Assembly: GCF_056989575.1 (NCBI RefSeq)
Contig: NZ_CM168018.1
Length of the DNA: 40,000 bases
Reading direction: 5' to 3' (one strand)
Numbering within the stretch: the stretch's first letter is position 1; each line of letters opens with the position of its first letter. Made by a program: the position numbers and the translations under genes. The notes beneath the pieces were generated by a model. The model made no database searches, was not told the DNA's origin, and saw only the letters and a list, made by a program, of their open reading frames with translations. Shown in pieces: positions 1 to 10,725 of this stretch.

Positions 1-1019
1 GGCGCTTTGCCAAACAGCCCTTCGTAGGCATTCACCAGTGCTTTAACGGTGAAGTGATCTTCTTCCACTTTCCAGGTCGGGAAGTAGCATTCGGTTGGGT
101 AAACCAGGCCAGTCCAGGACGGACGGTCGTAGTTGTACATAGAAACAACCGCGTTAGCTTTCTGTACTGCAGGCAGGGCGCGGATTTCGTCCAGCGCGCC
201 TTCCCAGGTTTCGCCCCAGGTCAGACGGCGGTCAATAGAGACGGCGCAGCTATCTGCTACAGCGCAACGGCTTGGGGATGTGAAGAAGATTTCAGAAACG
301 GTGAGGGTGCCTTTGCCGAGGAATTCGTCATAACCCAGACGTTGGGAGAGTTCTTGTAATTCGCCAAGAATCGGACCCATTTTGAAAATGGCGTTGTCAC
401 CGCGTTCTGGCGCAGAACCGTGGCAGCTAACACCCTGAACATCAATACGAATTTCCATACGACCGCGCTGACCACGGTATATCTGGCAGTCGGTTGGTTC
501 GGTACTGACCACAAATTCCGGGCGAATGCCGGATTGTTCAATAATGTACTGCCAGCACAGACCGTCGCAGTCTTCTTCCTGCACAGTACCGGTAACCAGC
601 AGGGTATATTCATCTTCCAGACCGAGGTCTTTAATGATTTTACCGGCATAAACCATAGATGCCATGCCGCCTTCTTGGTCGGAAGTACCGCGACCACCGA
701 TTAGCTCATCAGTTTCCATGCCTTCGTACGGATCGAAGTCCCAGTTTTTGATGTTGCCAATGCCGACGGTATCGATATGAGCGTCCATTGCCACCAGACG
801 CGGGCCGTGGCCGATATAACCGAGAACGTTGCCCATCGGGTCGATTTCAACTTTATCGAAGCCGACTTTTTCCATCTCTTCTTTAATACGATGTACTACG
901 CGTTTTTCGTCGCAGCTTTCACTGGGAATAGCAACCATGTCGCGCAGGAAGCGAGTCATGTCCGCCTGGTAATCTTTTGCTTTTTCAAGAATCAGTTTGA
1001 ATGGAATATTCTTAGCCAT
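1..1019 (-). CDS. ygeY: YgeY, M20-family peptidase/deacetylase-like hydrolase (partial, C-terminus outside window)
   Basis: Minus-strand frame open from ATG (cat at 1017-1019) to the window edge: [41 protein letters not shown]... with MDAHIDTVG and [12 protein letters not shown] metal-site motifs. Not in the ORF track because it runs off the edge. Gene order agrees. Confidence 0.93.
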   Translation of the reverse strand, partial: MAKNIPFKLILEKAKDYQADMTRFLRDMVAIPSESCDEKRVVHRIKEEMEKVGFDKVEIDPMGNVLGYIGHGPRLVAMDAHIDTVGIGNIKNWDFDPYEGMETDELIGGRGTSDQEGGMASMVYAGKIIKDLGLEDEYTLLVTGTVQEEDCDGLCWQYIIEQSGIRPEFVVSTEPTDCQIYRGQRGRMEIRIDVQGVSCHGSAPERGDNAIFKMGPILGELQELSQRLGYDEFLGKGTLTVSEIFFTSPSRCAVADSCAVSIDRRLTWGETWEGALDEIRALPAVQKANAVVSMYNYDRPSWTGLVYPTECYFPTWKVEEDHFTVKALVNAYEGLFGKA

Positions 1020-1076
1020 TATTTTTCTCCAGATTTTTTACTCCCCGTTTTGCAGGGAGTAGTTCCAATAGGGTGA

Positions 1077-2273
1077 TTAAGGTGCTACAGCGTGTTTGCC
1101 TTCCCAGACAACTTCGCGGTAGTGCTTCACGTCGGTGTCGCCTTCAGTGCTGATAACCAGCACCACGGCATCTTTGTTCAGCGCCAGTTTTTCCATCAGG
1201 CTTTGACGTTGCGGGTGATAATGAACCGCCGCGAGAACGCCCAAACCGACAGCGCCGGATTCACCGGAGATGATGCGCGGGTCGTTGCCGTACGGATTAC
1301 CCAGCACGCGCATACCTAATGCGGCAACGCTGTCCTGGCAGGAGATGAATTGGGTGGCGCAGTTACGTAGGATTTCCCAGCCCAGCGGGTTAGGTTCGCC
1401 ACAGGCCAGGCCCGCCATGATGGTGGCCATATCACCGCCAACGTTGACGATGTCGCCTTTGACGCCGGAGCGATAAATACAGTCAGCTTTGTCAGGTTCA
1501 ACAATAATGCTGTGCAGATTTTGCGGGCTATAGACGTCGACCAGATAACCCAGCACACCACCGGCCATTGCTCCGACACCGGCTTGCAGCAGAACGTGCG
1601 TCGGGGTTACGCCCATTTCACGCATTTGCTCGACGGCTTCATCTGCCAGGGTTGCGTAGCCTTGCATGATCCAGGTTGGGATTTTGGTGTAACCTTCCCA
1701 TGCCGTGTCCTGTACCACTTCCCAGCCGTGCTGCTGCGCGTGTTGCATGGTCAGGCGAACGGTATCGTCATAGTTCATATCCGTGACGATGCACTCGGCA
1801 CCGAGGTTCAGAATGGCGTCAACGCGTTCCTGAGCAGAACCTTTCGGCATGTAAATCACCGCATTCTGTCCGAGTTGCTGCGCTGCCCACGCCACACCGC
1901 GCCCGTGGTTGCCGTCGGTGGTGGTCGCGAAAGTCATTTTTTCGCCGATGGCATTTTTCAGGTGCTCAAATGACAGCGTTTCGATATCAAGATGATATTT
2001 TTCACACAATAATTGAGCGATGGCGTACGCACCGCCGAGCATTTTGAAGGCGTTCAGACCGAATCGTTTTGATTCGTCTTTGACAAGAATTTTCTTCACA
2101 CCAAAAAGGTTTGCGAGATCGTCCAGCGCACAAAGCGGTGTTGGGCGATAACCAGCTATTTTCTGGTGGAACTGGCGCGCCAGTTTGGCCTGGCTTTGCG
2201 AAAAGAGCGGTGATGTTTCGCCGTTGAAAAATTTGTTATCGGCGATATCAATCTTCAATGAGAAAACGGACAT
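1077..2273 (-). CDS. ygeX: YgeX, PLP-dependent 2,3-diaminopropionate ammonia-lyase
   Basis: 398 aa ORF; PLP lyase motifs (SKRFGLNAFKMLGGAYA, TTDGNHGRGVAWAA); adjacent to ygeY and ygeW. Confidence 0.95.
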   Translation of the reverse strand: MSVFSLKIDIADNKFFNGETSPLFSQSQAKLARQFHQKIAGYRPTPLCALDDLANLFGVKKILVKDESKRFGLNAFKMLGGAYAIAQLLCEKYHLDIETLSFEHLKNAIGEKMTFATTTDGNHGRGVAWAAQQLGQNAVIYMPKGSAQERVDAILNLGAECIVTDMNYDDTVRLTMQHAQQHGWEVVQDTAWEGYTKIPTWIMQGYATLADEAVEQMREMGVTPTHVLLQAGVGAMAGGVLGYLVDVYSPQNLHSIIVEPDKADCIYRSGVKGDIVNVGGDMATIMAGLACGEPNPLGWEILRNCATQFISCQDSVAALGMRVLGNPYGNDPRIISGESGAVGLGVLAAVHYHPQRQSLMEKLALNKDAVVLVISTEGDTDVKHYREVVWEGKHAVAP

Positions 2274-2330
2274 ATCCTATCCTTTTGGCCTCTGGAAATA
2301 GAGGGCCGACCAGCTGATCGGCCCGAGGGG

Positions 2331-3521
2331 TTATTTCACGCGTTCTTGCGCTTCTTTCAGCAGTTGCTCGAGCAGTGCACCTGGTTTGGCGTATTTACGG
2401 GACAGGATCATCGCGGCGATGATATAAGGCTTCCAGCTGGCTTCTTTGTAGGTTGCGATACGGTATTTTTCGAATACGCCTTCAGTCACTTCACCTTCTT
2501 TACAGGATACGCCGCTGATATCAGCTGGCAGGCAGTGCATGTACAGGGCTTCGCCATCACGGGTCAGTTCCATCATCTCTTCAGTACAATGCCAGTCTTT
2601 GTGTTGCGCGTTCTGTGCCAGACACTGTTTTTCCAGTGCTTTTAAGCCTTCGTGATCGTTAGCGCGCAGCAATTCGGTACGCTGTTCCATCACTTTGTAA
2701 GGTGCCCATGACTTCGGATAAACGATGTCTGCATCTTTGAACGCTTCTTCCATGCTGGTGACCTGACGGAAGCTACCGCCAGATGCTTTAGCATTGTTTT
2801 TCGCCACTTCAACCACATCCGGGATCAGGTCGTAGCCTTCCGGATGGGCCAGGGTGACATCCATACCGAAGCGAGTCATCAGACCGATGATGCCTTGTGG
2901 TACAGAGAGCGGTTTGCCATAGCTTGGAGAGTAGGCCCAGGTCATGGCGATTTTTTTACCTTTCAGGTTTTCCAGTGAACCAAAGTGTTCACGTAACCAC
3001 GCGAGGTCAGCCATTGACTGAGTCGGGTGGTCAATATCGCATTGCAGGTTCACTAAAGCCGGACGCTGTGGCAGTACACCCTGCTTGTAACCGTCATCAA
3101 GTGCAGCGCCAACTTCACGCATATAGGCGTTGCCTGCGCCCAGATACATATCGTCGCGAATACCAATAGCGTCGGCGCAGAAGGAGATCATATTGGCGGT
3201 TTCACGCACGGTTTCGCCGTGAGCGATTTGTGATTTGCCTTCGTCGAGATCTTGTTGTGCAAGGCCGAGCAGGTTAAGCGCGGAAGCATAAGAGAAGCGG
3301 GTACGGGTGGAGTTGTCGCGGAATACGGAAATACCTAATCCACTATTAAAGACTTTGGTTGAGATGTTTTCAGCACGCAGTGCTTTTAATGCTGCGGCAA
3401 CGTCCAGTACTTGTTTCAGTTCATCTGGCGTCTGTTCCCACGTTAACAAAAAATCTTTCTCGTGAAGGTGAGAGGTCAGCGAATTGATATCCTTAATCAG
3501 CTCATTAACAGTTTTCATCAT
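2331..3521 (-). CDS. ygeW: YgeW, aspartate/ornithine carbamoyltransferase-family protein
   Basis: 396 aa ORF; carbamoyl-phosphate-binding-like motif DNSTRTRFSYASA; ygeW-ygeX-ygeY order. Confidence 0.95.
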   Translation of the reverse strand: MMKTVNELIKDINSLTSHLHEKDFLLTWEQTPDELKQVLDVAAALKALRAENISTKVFNSGLGISVFRDNSTRTRFSYASALNLLGLAQQDLDEGKSQIAHGETVRETANMISFCADAIGIRDDMYLGAGNAYMREVGAALDDGYKQGVLPQRPALVNLQCDIDHPTQSMADLAWLREHFGSLENLKGKKIAMTWAYSPSYGKPLSVPQGIIGLMTRFGMDVTLAHPEGYDLIPDVVEVAKNNAKASGGSFRQVTSMEEAFKDADIVYPKSWAPYKVMEQRTELLRANDHEGLKALEKQCLAQNAQHKDWHCTEEMMELTRDGEALYMHCLPADISGVSCKEGEVTEGVFEKYRIATYKEASWKPYIIAAMILSRKYAKPGALLEQLLKEAQERVK

Positions 3522-3612
3522 AAAGTCCCGGTAGTGGAATGACAGGCAAAGTGGTTTATTTCACTGTGACTTGCCAAAGTGATTGGTGTTTTCACAGCTA
3601 TACCTGGGACTA

Positions 3613-3627
3613 ACAATAAGTGTGCCA
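3613..3627 (-). promoter_or_regulatory. Candidate sigma-54 (-24/-12) promoter for ygeW
   Basis: Minus-strand TGGCAC-ACTTA-TTGT; ideal -24 box, -12 box has GT in place of GC; about 90 nt upstream of the ygeW start. Confidence 0.45.
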
Positions 3628-3996
3628 GAATTATCCACGGGGCTGCAAAAGACTAATTTGACGGATAATGTGTGGGGTTGATCACAAATTGATGCCAGCT
3701 TCCGGTTGTTTGTAAAATACGAAAACGTTTGGCTTTTTTTATCGCGTTATTTATTTGCTGCTAAGTATCAGAAATAAGATAAAGGGACAGGCTATCTCTC
3801 TTCAGTTTGATAAACTCACCGCCGTAATTCTCATATTGATATAGAAATGTGATATCTCTTCCATAATTTCATTAGAAAATGATAAAAATCTTATGTTTTT
3901 ATCAAAGCCAATTTCGCCTGAGTTAATATCATCATGATCTGTGAACCATCAACGTCTTCAATGATCGACTTTTAAGTAAGTCTGGAAGGTAAAGCT

Positions 3997-5775
3997 ATGG
4001 AGCTTGCTACTACGCAGTCAGTATTGATGCAAATTCAACCGACAATTCAGCGTTTTGCCAGAATGCTTGCCAGCGTTTTGCAGCTTGAGGTTGAGATCGT
4101 TGATGAAAACTTGTGTCGCGTCGCCGGAACGGGCGCGTATGGGAAGTTTCTTGGTCGCCAGTTGAGCGGCAACTCACGCCTGCTCCGCCACGTCCTGGAA
4201 ACGAAAACTGAAAAAGTTGTGACACAGTCTCGCTTCGATCCCCTTTGCGAAGGTTGCGATAGTAAAGAAAATTGCCGCGAAAAAGCATTTCTGGGTACGC
4301 CTGTCATTTTACAGGATCGTTGTGTTGGGGTGATAAGTTTGATTGCCGTTACCCACGAGCAACAAGAGCATATCAGTGATAATTTACGCGAATTTTCTGA
4401 TTATGTTCGCCATATATCCACCATTTTTGTTTCGAAACTTCTGGAGGATCAGGGGCCAGGAGATAACATCAGTAAAATATTCGCGACCATGATCGATAAT
4501 ATGGATCAGGGCGTATTAGTTGTTGATGATGAAAGTCGGGTTCAGTTTGTTAATCAGACTGCCTTAAAAACACTTGGTGTTGTACAAAATAATATTATTG
4601 GGAAACCTATCCGTTTCAGACCATTAACATTTGAGAGTAATTTTACTCATGGACATATGCAGCATATTGTTTCGTGGGACGATAAAAGTGAATTAATCAT
4701 TGGTCAATTGCATAACATTCAGGGCCGACAATTATTTTTAATGGCATTTCACCAATCGCATACCAGTTTTTCTGTAGCAAATGCACCTGATGAACCACAT
4801 ATTGAACAATTGGTTGGCGAGTGCCGTGTTATGCGGCAATTAAAACGACTCATTAGCCGTATTGCACCCAGCCCATCCAGCGTTATGGTGGTTGGTGAAA
4901 GCGGCACGGGTAAAGAAGTCGTCGCCCGAGCAATCCATAAGTTGAGCGGAAGACGGAATAAACCCTTTATTGCTATCAACTGTGCCGCGATTCCGGAGCA
5001 GCTTCTGGAAAGCGAACTGTTCGGTTATGTTAAAGGCGCATTTACTGGCGCTTCTGCCAACGGTAAAACAGGGTTGATTCAGGCGGCGAATACGGGCACG
5101 CTGTTTCTCGATGAAATAGGTGATATGCCATTAATGTTGCAGGCTAAATTACTGCGCGCTATTGAGGCGCGTGAAATTCTGCCGATTGGTGCCAGTAGCC
5201 CAATACAAGTCGACATTCGCATCATTTCTGCAACTAATCAGAATTTGGCCCAGTTCATTGCCGAAGGTAAATTCCGCGAAGATCTCTTCTACCGACTTAA
5301 TGTTATCCCGATAACTCTGCCACCGCTGCGTGAACGTCAGGAAGATATTGAACTATTGGTGCATTACTTTTTACATCTGCATACCCGTCGTCTGGGATCG
5401 GTTTATCCTGGCATTGCTCCCGATGTCGTCGAAATATTGCGTAAGCATCGTTGGCCCGGAAACCTGCGCGAGTTAAGCAATTTGATGGAATATCTGGTTA
5501 ACGTAGTTCCTTCAGGTGAAGTTATCGACAGCACGCTATTGCCGCCAAATCTGCTGAATAATGGCACAACGGAGCAAAGTGATGTAACAGAGGTCAGTGA
5601 GGCGCACCTGTCACTCGATGATGCGGGCGGCACGGCGCTGGAGGAGATGGAAAAGCAAATGATCCGCGAGGCGCTTTCACGTCATAACAGCAAGAAGCAA
5701 GTTGCTGATGAACTGGGCATCGGCATTGCTACGCTCTATCGCAAGATTAAGAAATATGAGTTGTTAAACACATAA
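3997..5775 (+). CDS. ygeV: YgeV, sigma-54-dependent transcriptional activator (N-terminal sensory region, PAS-like region, AAA+, Fis-type HTH)
   Basis: 592 aa ORF; Walker A GESGTGKE, GAFTGA loop, DVRIISATNQ, C-terminal HTH KKQVADELGIGIATLYRKIKKY. Confidence 0.95.
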   Translation: MELATTQSVLMQIQPTIQRFARMLASVLQLEVEIVDENLCRVAGTGAYGKFLGRQLSGNSRLLRHVLETKTEKVVTQSRFDPLCEGCDSKENCREKAFLGTPVILQDRCVGVISLIAVTHEQQEHISDNLREFSDYVRHISTIFVSKLLEDQGPGDNISKIFATMIDNMDQGVLVVDDESRVQFVNQTALKTLGVVQNNIIGKPIRFRPLTFESNFTHGHMQHIVSWDDKSELIIGQLHNIQGRQLFLMAFHQSHTSFSVANAPDEPHIEQLVGECRVMRQLKRLISRIAPSPSSVMVVGESGTGKEVVARAIHKLSGRRNKPFIAINCAAIPEQLLESELFGYVKGAFTGASANGKTGLIQAANTGTLFLDEIGDMPLMLQAKLLRAIEAREILPIGASSPIQVDIRIISATNQNLAQFIAEGKFREDLFYRLNVIPITLPPLRERQEDIELLVHYFLHLHTRRLGSVYPGIAPDVVEILRKHRWPGNLRELSNLMEYLVNVVPSGEVIDSTLLPPNLLNNGTTEQSDVTEVSEAHLSLDDAGGTALEEMEKQMIREALSRHNSKKQVADELGIGIATLYRKIKKYELLNT

Positions 5776-5784
5776 CCTCAGTGA

Positions 5785-5808
5785 ATCCGGCCTGAATTCA
5801 GGCCGGAT
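5785..5808. terminator. Probable bidirectional terminator between convergent ygeV and xdhC
   Basis: Perfect inverted repeat ATCCGGCCTGAATTCAGGCCGGAT in the 39-nt gap between the two convergent genes. Confidence 0.7.
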
Positions 5809-5814
5809 ATCCTT

Positions 5815-6294
5815 TTACTTCGTTTTCTCGCAATCCTGAACTGTATTTACAATCATCTGATACCCCGTGCAGCGACAAAGATTTCCCGCCAGTCCGCGAC
5901 GAATTTCCGTAATGGTTAATGGCTTCTCGCGTGGTTTCGCCAGCATTGCCGTGGTAGCCATAATCAGGCCAGGCGTACAAAACCCGCACTGCACTGCGCC
6001 GGATTTCGCATAAGCCTGCTGAACATGAGAAAGTTTTCCGCCTTTCGCTTCACCTTCCAGCGTGCGGATCTCTTTTCCTTCAGCCCAGGCGGCAAGGTAT
6101 AAGCAACTGTCTATTGCTGTGCCGTCGACCAACACCGTACAGGCACCACATTCACCCACGCAGCACCCTTGTTTGACACTTAGCAGTCCTTGTTCGCGGA
6201 GTAATTCCGAGAGCGGCGTGCCTGGTGCGGCGTGAAGCTGAAAAGGCATCCCGTTAATGGTGCATTCGATGGTAATTGTTTCGCTGTGATTCAT
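5815..6294 (-). CDS. xdhC: XdhC, [2Fe-2S] subunit of xanthine-dehydrogenase-type molybdoenzyme
   Basis: 159 aa; [15 protein letters not shown] and GFCTPG...CRCTGY Fe-S cluster motifs. Confidence 0.95.
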   Translation of the reverse strand: MNHSETITIECTINGMPFQLHAAPGTPLSELLREQGLLSVKQGCCVGECGACTVLVDGTAIDSCLYLAAWAEGKEIRTLEGEAKGGKLSHVQQAYAKSGAVQCGFCTPGLIMATTAMLAKPREKPLTITEIRRGLAGNLCRCTGYQMIVNTVQDCEKTK

Positions 6295-7169
6295 TGCAAT
6301 TTTCCCCCCGCCGCGGCGACGGCTTCGCTAATCACTTTTTTGGTCATCGTCTGGATGAGATGCAGACGAAACTCTTTACTGGCCCGCCATGAAGAACGCG
6401 GGGCGACATCTTGCAGGACAGATTCGCTGATAGCTTCCAGCGTTTGCAGGTTTAATGGCGCATTTTGTGCAGTCTGTTCGGCATGTTGGCAGCGAATCGG
6501 CGTTGGCGCGGCAACACCAAATGCCAGGCGTAATTCGCTGAAATTGCCGTTATCCAGTCGGCAATGTGCGGCGCAGCCAATCGTTGAAATATCCATCGCG
6601 TCGCGCATGGCATATTTAAAATGCGCGCTGCCCGCGTGTTCTTTCGGCTGTGGCGGAAAATGAAAGGCGACGAGGATTTCGTCATGCTCAAGAGACACTT
6701 TGCCCGGCCCGGTGTGAAAGCCATTAATCGGGACGAAACGAACACCGCGCGGGGAGTGGATCTCCAGTTTCGCGTCATAAATTAGCGTTGGCGTGGCAGA
6801 ATCTGCGCTGGTGGCACCGTTGCAAATATTTCCACCGTAGGTAGCGACGTTACGGATCTGCGGTCCAGCAATGGACGTGGCCGCAGCACATAACGCCGGG
6901 AGATGACGTTGAGTTATAGGATCTTCTATTAGCTGGGTAAATGTCGTTGCAGAGCCGATACGTAGCGAGCCATCTTCCGCCAGCGTAATTCCCCGCAGCT
7001 CCGCCAGATTATGAATATCAACAATATGGCGATAACGGTCATTGTGATGGTGGAGCTGAATCAGTACGTCAGTGCCACCGGCGAGCAGTTTGGCCTGCGG
7101 GTTGTCAGCCAGCAGGTTGATGGCATCGGCAAGGGTTGCTGCGCGATGGTAAGAAGCAAAATCAAACAT
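6291..7169 (-). CDS. xdhB: XdhB, FAD-binding subunit
   Basis: 292 aa; [11 protein letters not shown] and [17 protein letters not shown]-binding motifs; overlaps the xdhC start. Confidence 0.95.
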   Translation of the reverse strand: MFDFASYHRAATLADAINLLADNPQAKLLAGGTDVLIQLHHHNDRYRHIVDIHNLAELRGITLAEDGSLRIGSATTFTQLIEDPITQRHLPALCAAATSIAGPQIRNVATYGGNICNGATSADSATPTLIYDAKLEIHSPRGVRFVPINGFHTGPGKVSLEHDEILVAFHFPPQPKEHAGSAHFKYAMRDAMDISTIGCAAHCRLDNGNFSELRLAFGVAAPTPIRCQHAEQTAQNAPLNLQTLEAISESVLQDVAPRSSWRASKEFRLHLIQTMTKKVISEAVAAAGGKLQ

Positions 7170-7179
7170 GATGTTATCC

Positions 7180-9477
7180 TCAAATCAATCCTGCCAGATG
7201 GAACTCTTCATATAACCGTTTTGGCGTCAGCGGCAGTGTATTGATTGCAACACCGGTAGCCATCTTCACCGCGTTACGAATAGCAGCGGCAACAGGAATT
7301 ATTGGTGGCTCACCCAGTGACTTATGTCCGTATGCGGATTGCGGCTCATTGATTTCGACGAACGCGCTTTCCAGTTGTGGCAGATCCGGCATGGTCGGCA
7401 TTTTGTAATCCAGCAGATTGGGGTTACGGACCACGCCGCTTTTAGCATCGATGATCATCTCTTCAAATAGCGCCCAGCCAATGCCCATTCCCATTCCGCC
7501 GTGTACCTGACCTTCTGCCAGCAGTGGATTAAGAATATGCCCTGAATCATGAACGTTGAGGATGCGGTTGATGGTGACTTTGCACAGCGCAATATCGACC
7601 GTCAGATCAACAAAGGTACAGCCAAACGCCGGTGGGTTAGTGGTGGTTTTGATGGAGCTTTCAGCAGAGAGCTGCCCGCCGCGTTCAGGGTGGTAGAAAG
7701 CGTCCATCGCCAAATCTTTTAACGACATTAACGGCTCTTCCGGTCGTTCAACCAGCACGATATGGCCTTTTATCAGGGTCAGATTCATCGCTGACTGATG
7801 TAGCATGACTGCGGCGTGAGCGATGATTTTCTCTTTTAATAATAGTGCCGCACTGCGCAGCGCAGGCGCGGCAACATAGCTCTGGCGTGAGGCAAATGCG
7901 CCGGGATCGAACGGCGTAACGTCGGTATCTTGAGTTGAAATAACGCGAACGTCGCTGACCGGAACCCCCACGGTTTCTGCCACCATTTGCGAGAAGACGG
8001 TGTCGGCACCCTGACCGATTTCCGTCGCGCCGCTTTGCACGTTGATGGTTCCATCCTGATTCATCAGAAGGCGCGCGCCTGCTATTTCTACGCCGACAGG
8101 CCAGGTGTTAGAGGTGTAGCTAAAACAGGCGACGCCAACGCCGCGGCGCAAATTGCCTTGCTGGTTCTGGCATTCTGCACGGCGTTTTTCCCATTCAAAG
8201 ATTTTCCGGCCTTTTTCAAGACACTCCGGCAACCCTGCGCTGTAAATACGTTTGCCCGTGAGCGGATTAGCATCTCCTTCGCGGGCGGCGTTGCGTAAAC
8301 GAATTTCAACAGGATCAATACCTAACGCTGTCGCGGCGTCATCAAGCATAGACTCAACGGCAAATACGACTTGTGGCGCGCCATAACCACGCATCGCACC
8401 AGCCGAGGGGAGGTTGGTATAGCAGGTCTTTGAACTGTAAGCGTAGGCACAACGAGGATAAAGGTAAGCGACTTTATTCCCCCCCGCAGAAGCGATGGAG
8501 TGCCCGTGAGATGCATAAGCGCCGGTGTTAGACAGAACATCCAGACTATAACCTTTCAATGTTCCGTCGCGGTTCACGCCCATTTGCCCGTCAATGGTAA
8601 AAGCGTGGCGGGTACGGGTTGCGAGGAAACACTCTTCACGGCTAAGGGAAACTTTCACCGGAATGCCGCCAAGCTTGCTGGTCAGGAATGCCGCCATTGG
8701 CTCTTCCAGTACATCCTGTTTATTACCAAAACCGCCACCGACAAACGGTTTGATGACTCGTACGCATGACCAGGGAATATCCAGCGCCTGACCAACCACG
8801 CGGCGAACAATGTGCGGGATCTGGGTGCTGGAAACGATGGTAATTCGCGAGTCATCCTCCATCCACGCCAGCGATGTTACGCTTTCCATGTGACAATGTT
8901 GAATAACGGGGGTCTGATAGTGCCCCTGTACCTGGTAGTCGGCGGCATCGATTGTTTGTTGGACATTACCCGTCGACATCGTGCTTTGTTTCAGTAAATT
9001 GCCACCGTTATGGATTGGTGCAGCGTCTTCTGCCAGCGCCGCTTCTGGCGTGGTGATAACGGGTAATTCTTGCCACTCAATGCTGACCAATTGCGCCGCT
9101 TTTTCTGCCGTGAGTTCATCGCGGGCCACGACGATGGCAACGGCGTCACCATGATGACGAACATGGCGAGTTAGCAGTGCGCGATCGGCGGTATCGCGCT
9201 TGTTTTCGTCAAGTGTCCAGGCATGCCCAGCAGTAGCAAATGGAATATCAGGCACATCTTCCCAGGTAAAAATCGCCAGTACGCCCGGCAAACCTCTGGC
9301 TTGTTCATCATTAATACTTACGGCATAACCATGTGCGATAGGGCTACGTACATATTTCGCATAACACATGCCCGCCATAACATAATCGTCAGTATATCGT
9401 GCCCGCCCGGTGACCTTAGCAATGGCATCGACGCGCATGCATGATTCACCCGTAGCGGTTGCTTCCCGCGCTTCCAT
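7180..9477 (-). CDS. xdhA: XdhA, molybdenum-binding catalytic subunit (start 9477, or 9438 if the internal Met is used)
   Basis: 765 aa ORF; DAIAKVTGRARYTDDYVMAGM, FVGGGFGNKQD, GAMRGYGAPQ molybdopterin-enzyme motifs. Confidence 0.95.
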   Translation of the reverse strand: MEAREATATGESCMRVDAIAKVTGRARYTDDYVMAGMCYAKYVRSPIAHGYAVSINDEQARGLPGVLAIFTWEDVPDIPFATAGHAWTLDENKRDTADRALLTRHVRHHGDAVAIVVARDELTAEKAAQLVSIEWQELPVITTPEAALAEDAAPIHNGGNLLKQSTMSTGNVQQTIDAADYQVQGHYQTPVIQHCHMESVTSLAWMEDDSRITIVSSTQIPHIVRRVVGQALDIPWSCVRVIKPFVGGGFGNKQDVLEEPMAAFLTSKLGGIPVKVSLSREECFLATRTRHAFTIDGQMGVNRDGTLKGYSLDVLSNTGAYASHGHSIASAGGNKVAYLYPRCAYAYSSKTCYTNLPSAGAMRGYGAPQVVFAVESMLDDAATALGIDPVEIRLRNAAREGDANPLTGKRIYSAGLPECLEKGRKIFEWEKRRAECQNQQGNLRRGVGVACFSYTSNTWPVGVEIAGARLLMNQDGTINVQSGATEIGQGADTVFSQMVAETVGVPVSDVRVISTQDTDVTPFDPGAFASRQSYVAAPALRSAALLLKEKIIAHAAVMLHQSAMNLTLIKGHIVLVERPEEPLMSLKDLAMDAFYHPERGGQLSAESSIKTTTNPPAFGCTFVDLTVDIALCKVTINRILNVHDSGHILNPLLAEGQVHGGMGMGIGWALFEEMIIDAKSGVVRNPNLLDYKMPTMPDLPQLESAFVEINEPQSAYGHKSLGEPPIIPVAAAIRNAVKMATGVAINTLPLTPKRLYEEFHLAGLI

Positions 9478-9533
9478 AGAAATCCCCTCGATTTGAACAT
9501 TTGGTTCTTATGGCAAAGATTTAGTCTAAGCAG

Positions 9534-9548
9534 GCAAGATTTACGCCA
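9534..9548 (-). promoter_or_regulatory. Candidate sigma-54 (-24/-12) promoter for xdhABC
   Basis: Minus-strand TGGCGT-AAATC-TTGC with GG-N10-GC spacing, about 60 nt upstream of xdhA. Confidence 0.65.
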
Positions 9549-9891
9549 GAAACGACGATAAGCGTTAGGGGAGGTAGGAAGTGTGATGACGTTAAAAAAA
9601 CACAGATATGATACGAAACAGGACTCTGAATAGGGGCAGTGATACGTATCAATATGAGTGGCGATAAAATCAATGTGATAAATTGGGATTATTACGCATC
9701 AGGATGGGAAATAGGGTAAAAAGTCAGGAAGTTCGATACCTCTACAGCGAATATTTTGCTGATGATACTTCCCTTTGCCAAATGAAATTAACCTCTTTCT
9801 CTATTACCACGTTTTTCCAGAAGCAAGAGATTGGGTATCAAGAGGCTGGCTGCTATGATAAGGCGTCTTGTTTTTTAAGCGAGGAAAGATT

Positions 9892-10647
9892 TTGAGTGCG
9901 GGACGCCTGAATAAAAAATCTCTGGGTATCGTGATGTTGTTATCGGTTGGACTGCTTTTGGCGGGCTGTTCGGGTAGCAAATCATCCGATACAGGAACGT
10001 ATTCCGGCTCCGTTTACACCGTGAAACGGGGGGATACGCTATATCGTATTTCGCGCACCACGGGAACCAGCGTAAAAGAACTGGCGCGACTGAACGGCAT
10101 TTCCCCCCCTTACACCATTGAAGTTGGTCAGAAACTAAAACTGGGTGGGGCGAAAAGTAGCAGTAGTACACGTAAATCAACCGCCAAATCAACGACCAAA
10201 ACCGCATCGGTTACACCGTCATCAGCGGTACCGAAATCTTCCTGGCCGCCAGTAGGGCAACGTTGTTGGTTATGGCCAACGACAGGGAAAGTTATCATGC
10301 CGTATTCGACAGCAGATGGCGGCAATAAAGGGATTGATATCTCAGCTCCACGGGGTACACCTATTTACGCCGCGGGTGCAGGAAAGGTGGTGTATGTGGG
10401 CAACCAGCTGCGTGGCTACGGTAATCTCATCATGATTAAACACAGTGAAGATTACATTACGGCTTACGCCCATAATGACACGATGCTGGTAAATAATGGG
10501 CAAAGCGTGAAGGCTGGGCAAAAAATCGCCACTATGGGGAGCACGGATGCGGCATCTGTTCGCCTGCATTTCCAGATTCGTTACCGTGCAACGGCAATTG
10601 ATCCGCTACGTTACTTGCCGCCGCAGGGCAGCAAGCCAAAATGCTGA
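9892..10647 (+). CDS. ygeR: YgeR, LysM-domain lipoprotein with M23/LytM-like domain
   Basis: 251 aa from TTG at 9892; lipobox LLLAGC, LysM YTVKRGDTLYRISRTTGTSVKELARLNGI, M23-like NKGIDISAPRGTPIYAAGAGKVVY. Confidence 0.93.
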   Translation: MSAGRLNKKSLGIVMLLSVGLLLAGCSGSKSSDTGTYSGSVYTVKRGDTLYRISRTTGTSVKELARLNGISPPYTIEVGQKLKLGGAKSSSSTRKSTAKSTTKTASVTPSSAVPKSSWPPVGQRCWLWPTTGKVIMPYSTADGGNKGIDISAPRGTPIYAAGAGKVVYVGNQLRGYGNLIMIKHSEDYITAYAHNDTMLVNNGQSVKAGQKIATMGSTDAASVRLHFQIRYRATAIDPLRYLPPQGSKPKC

Positions 10648-10725
10648 TGGCGAATTAATCAGCAGTCAGCAGCGCGGCACTTGCTAAGGAGAGCGTAAGG
10701 TTTATAATGCCTTACGCATCTCGAA

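Noticed and set aside
2346-3169. Plus-strand ORFs antisense to ygeW (2346..2645, 2897..3169)
   Set aside because: Shadow ORFs opposite a strongly conserved gene; no start signals or recognisable domain.
3997-10325. Overlapping opposite-strand or out-of-frame ORFs in ygeV/xdh/ygeR (for example 4010..4288, 6232..6663, 8500..8769, 9875..10207)
   Set aside because: All lie inside confidently identified genes with low-complexity, arginine/serine-rich translations typical of shadow frames.
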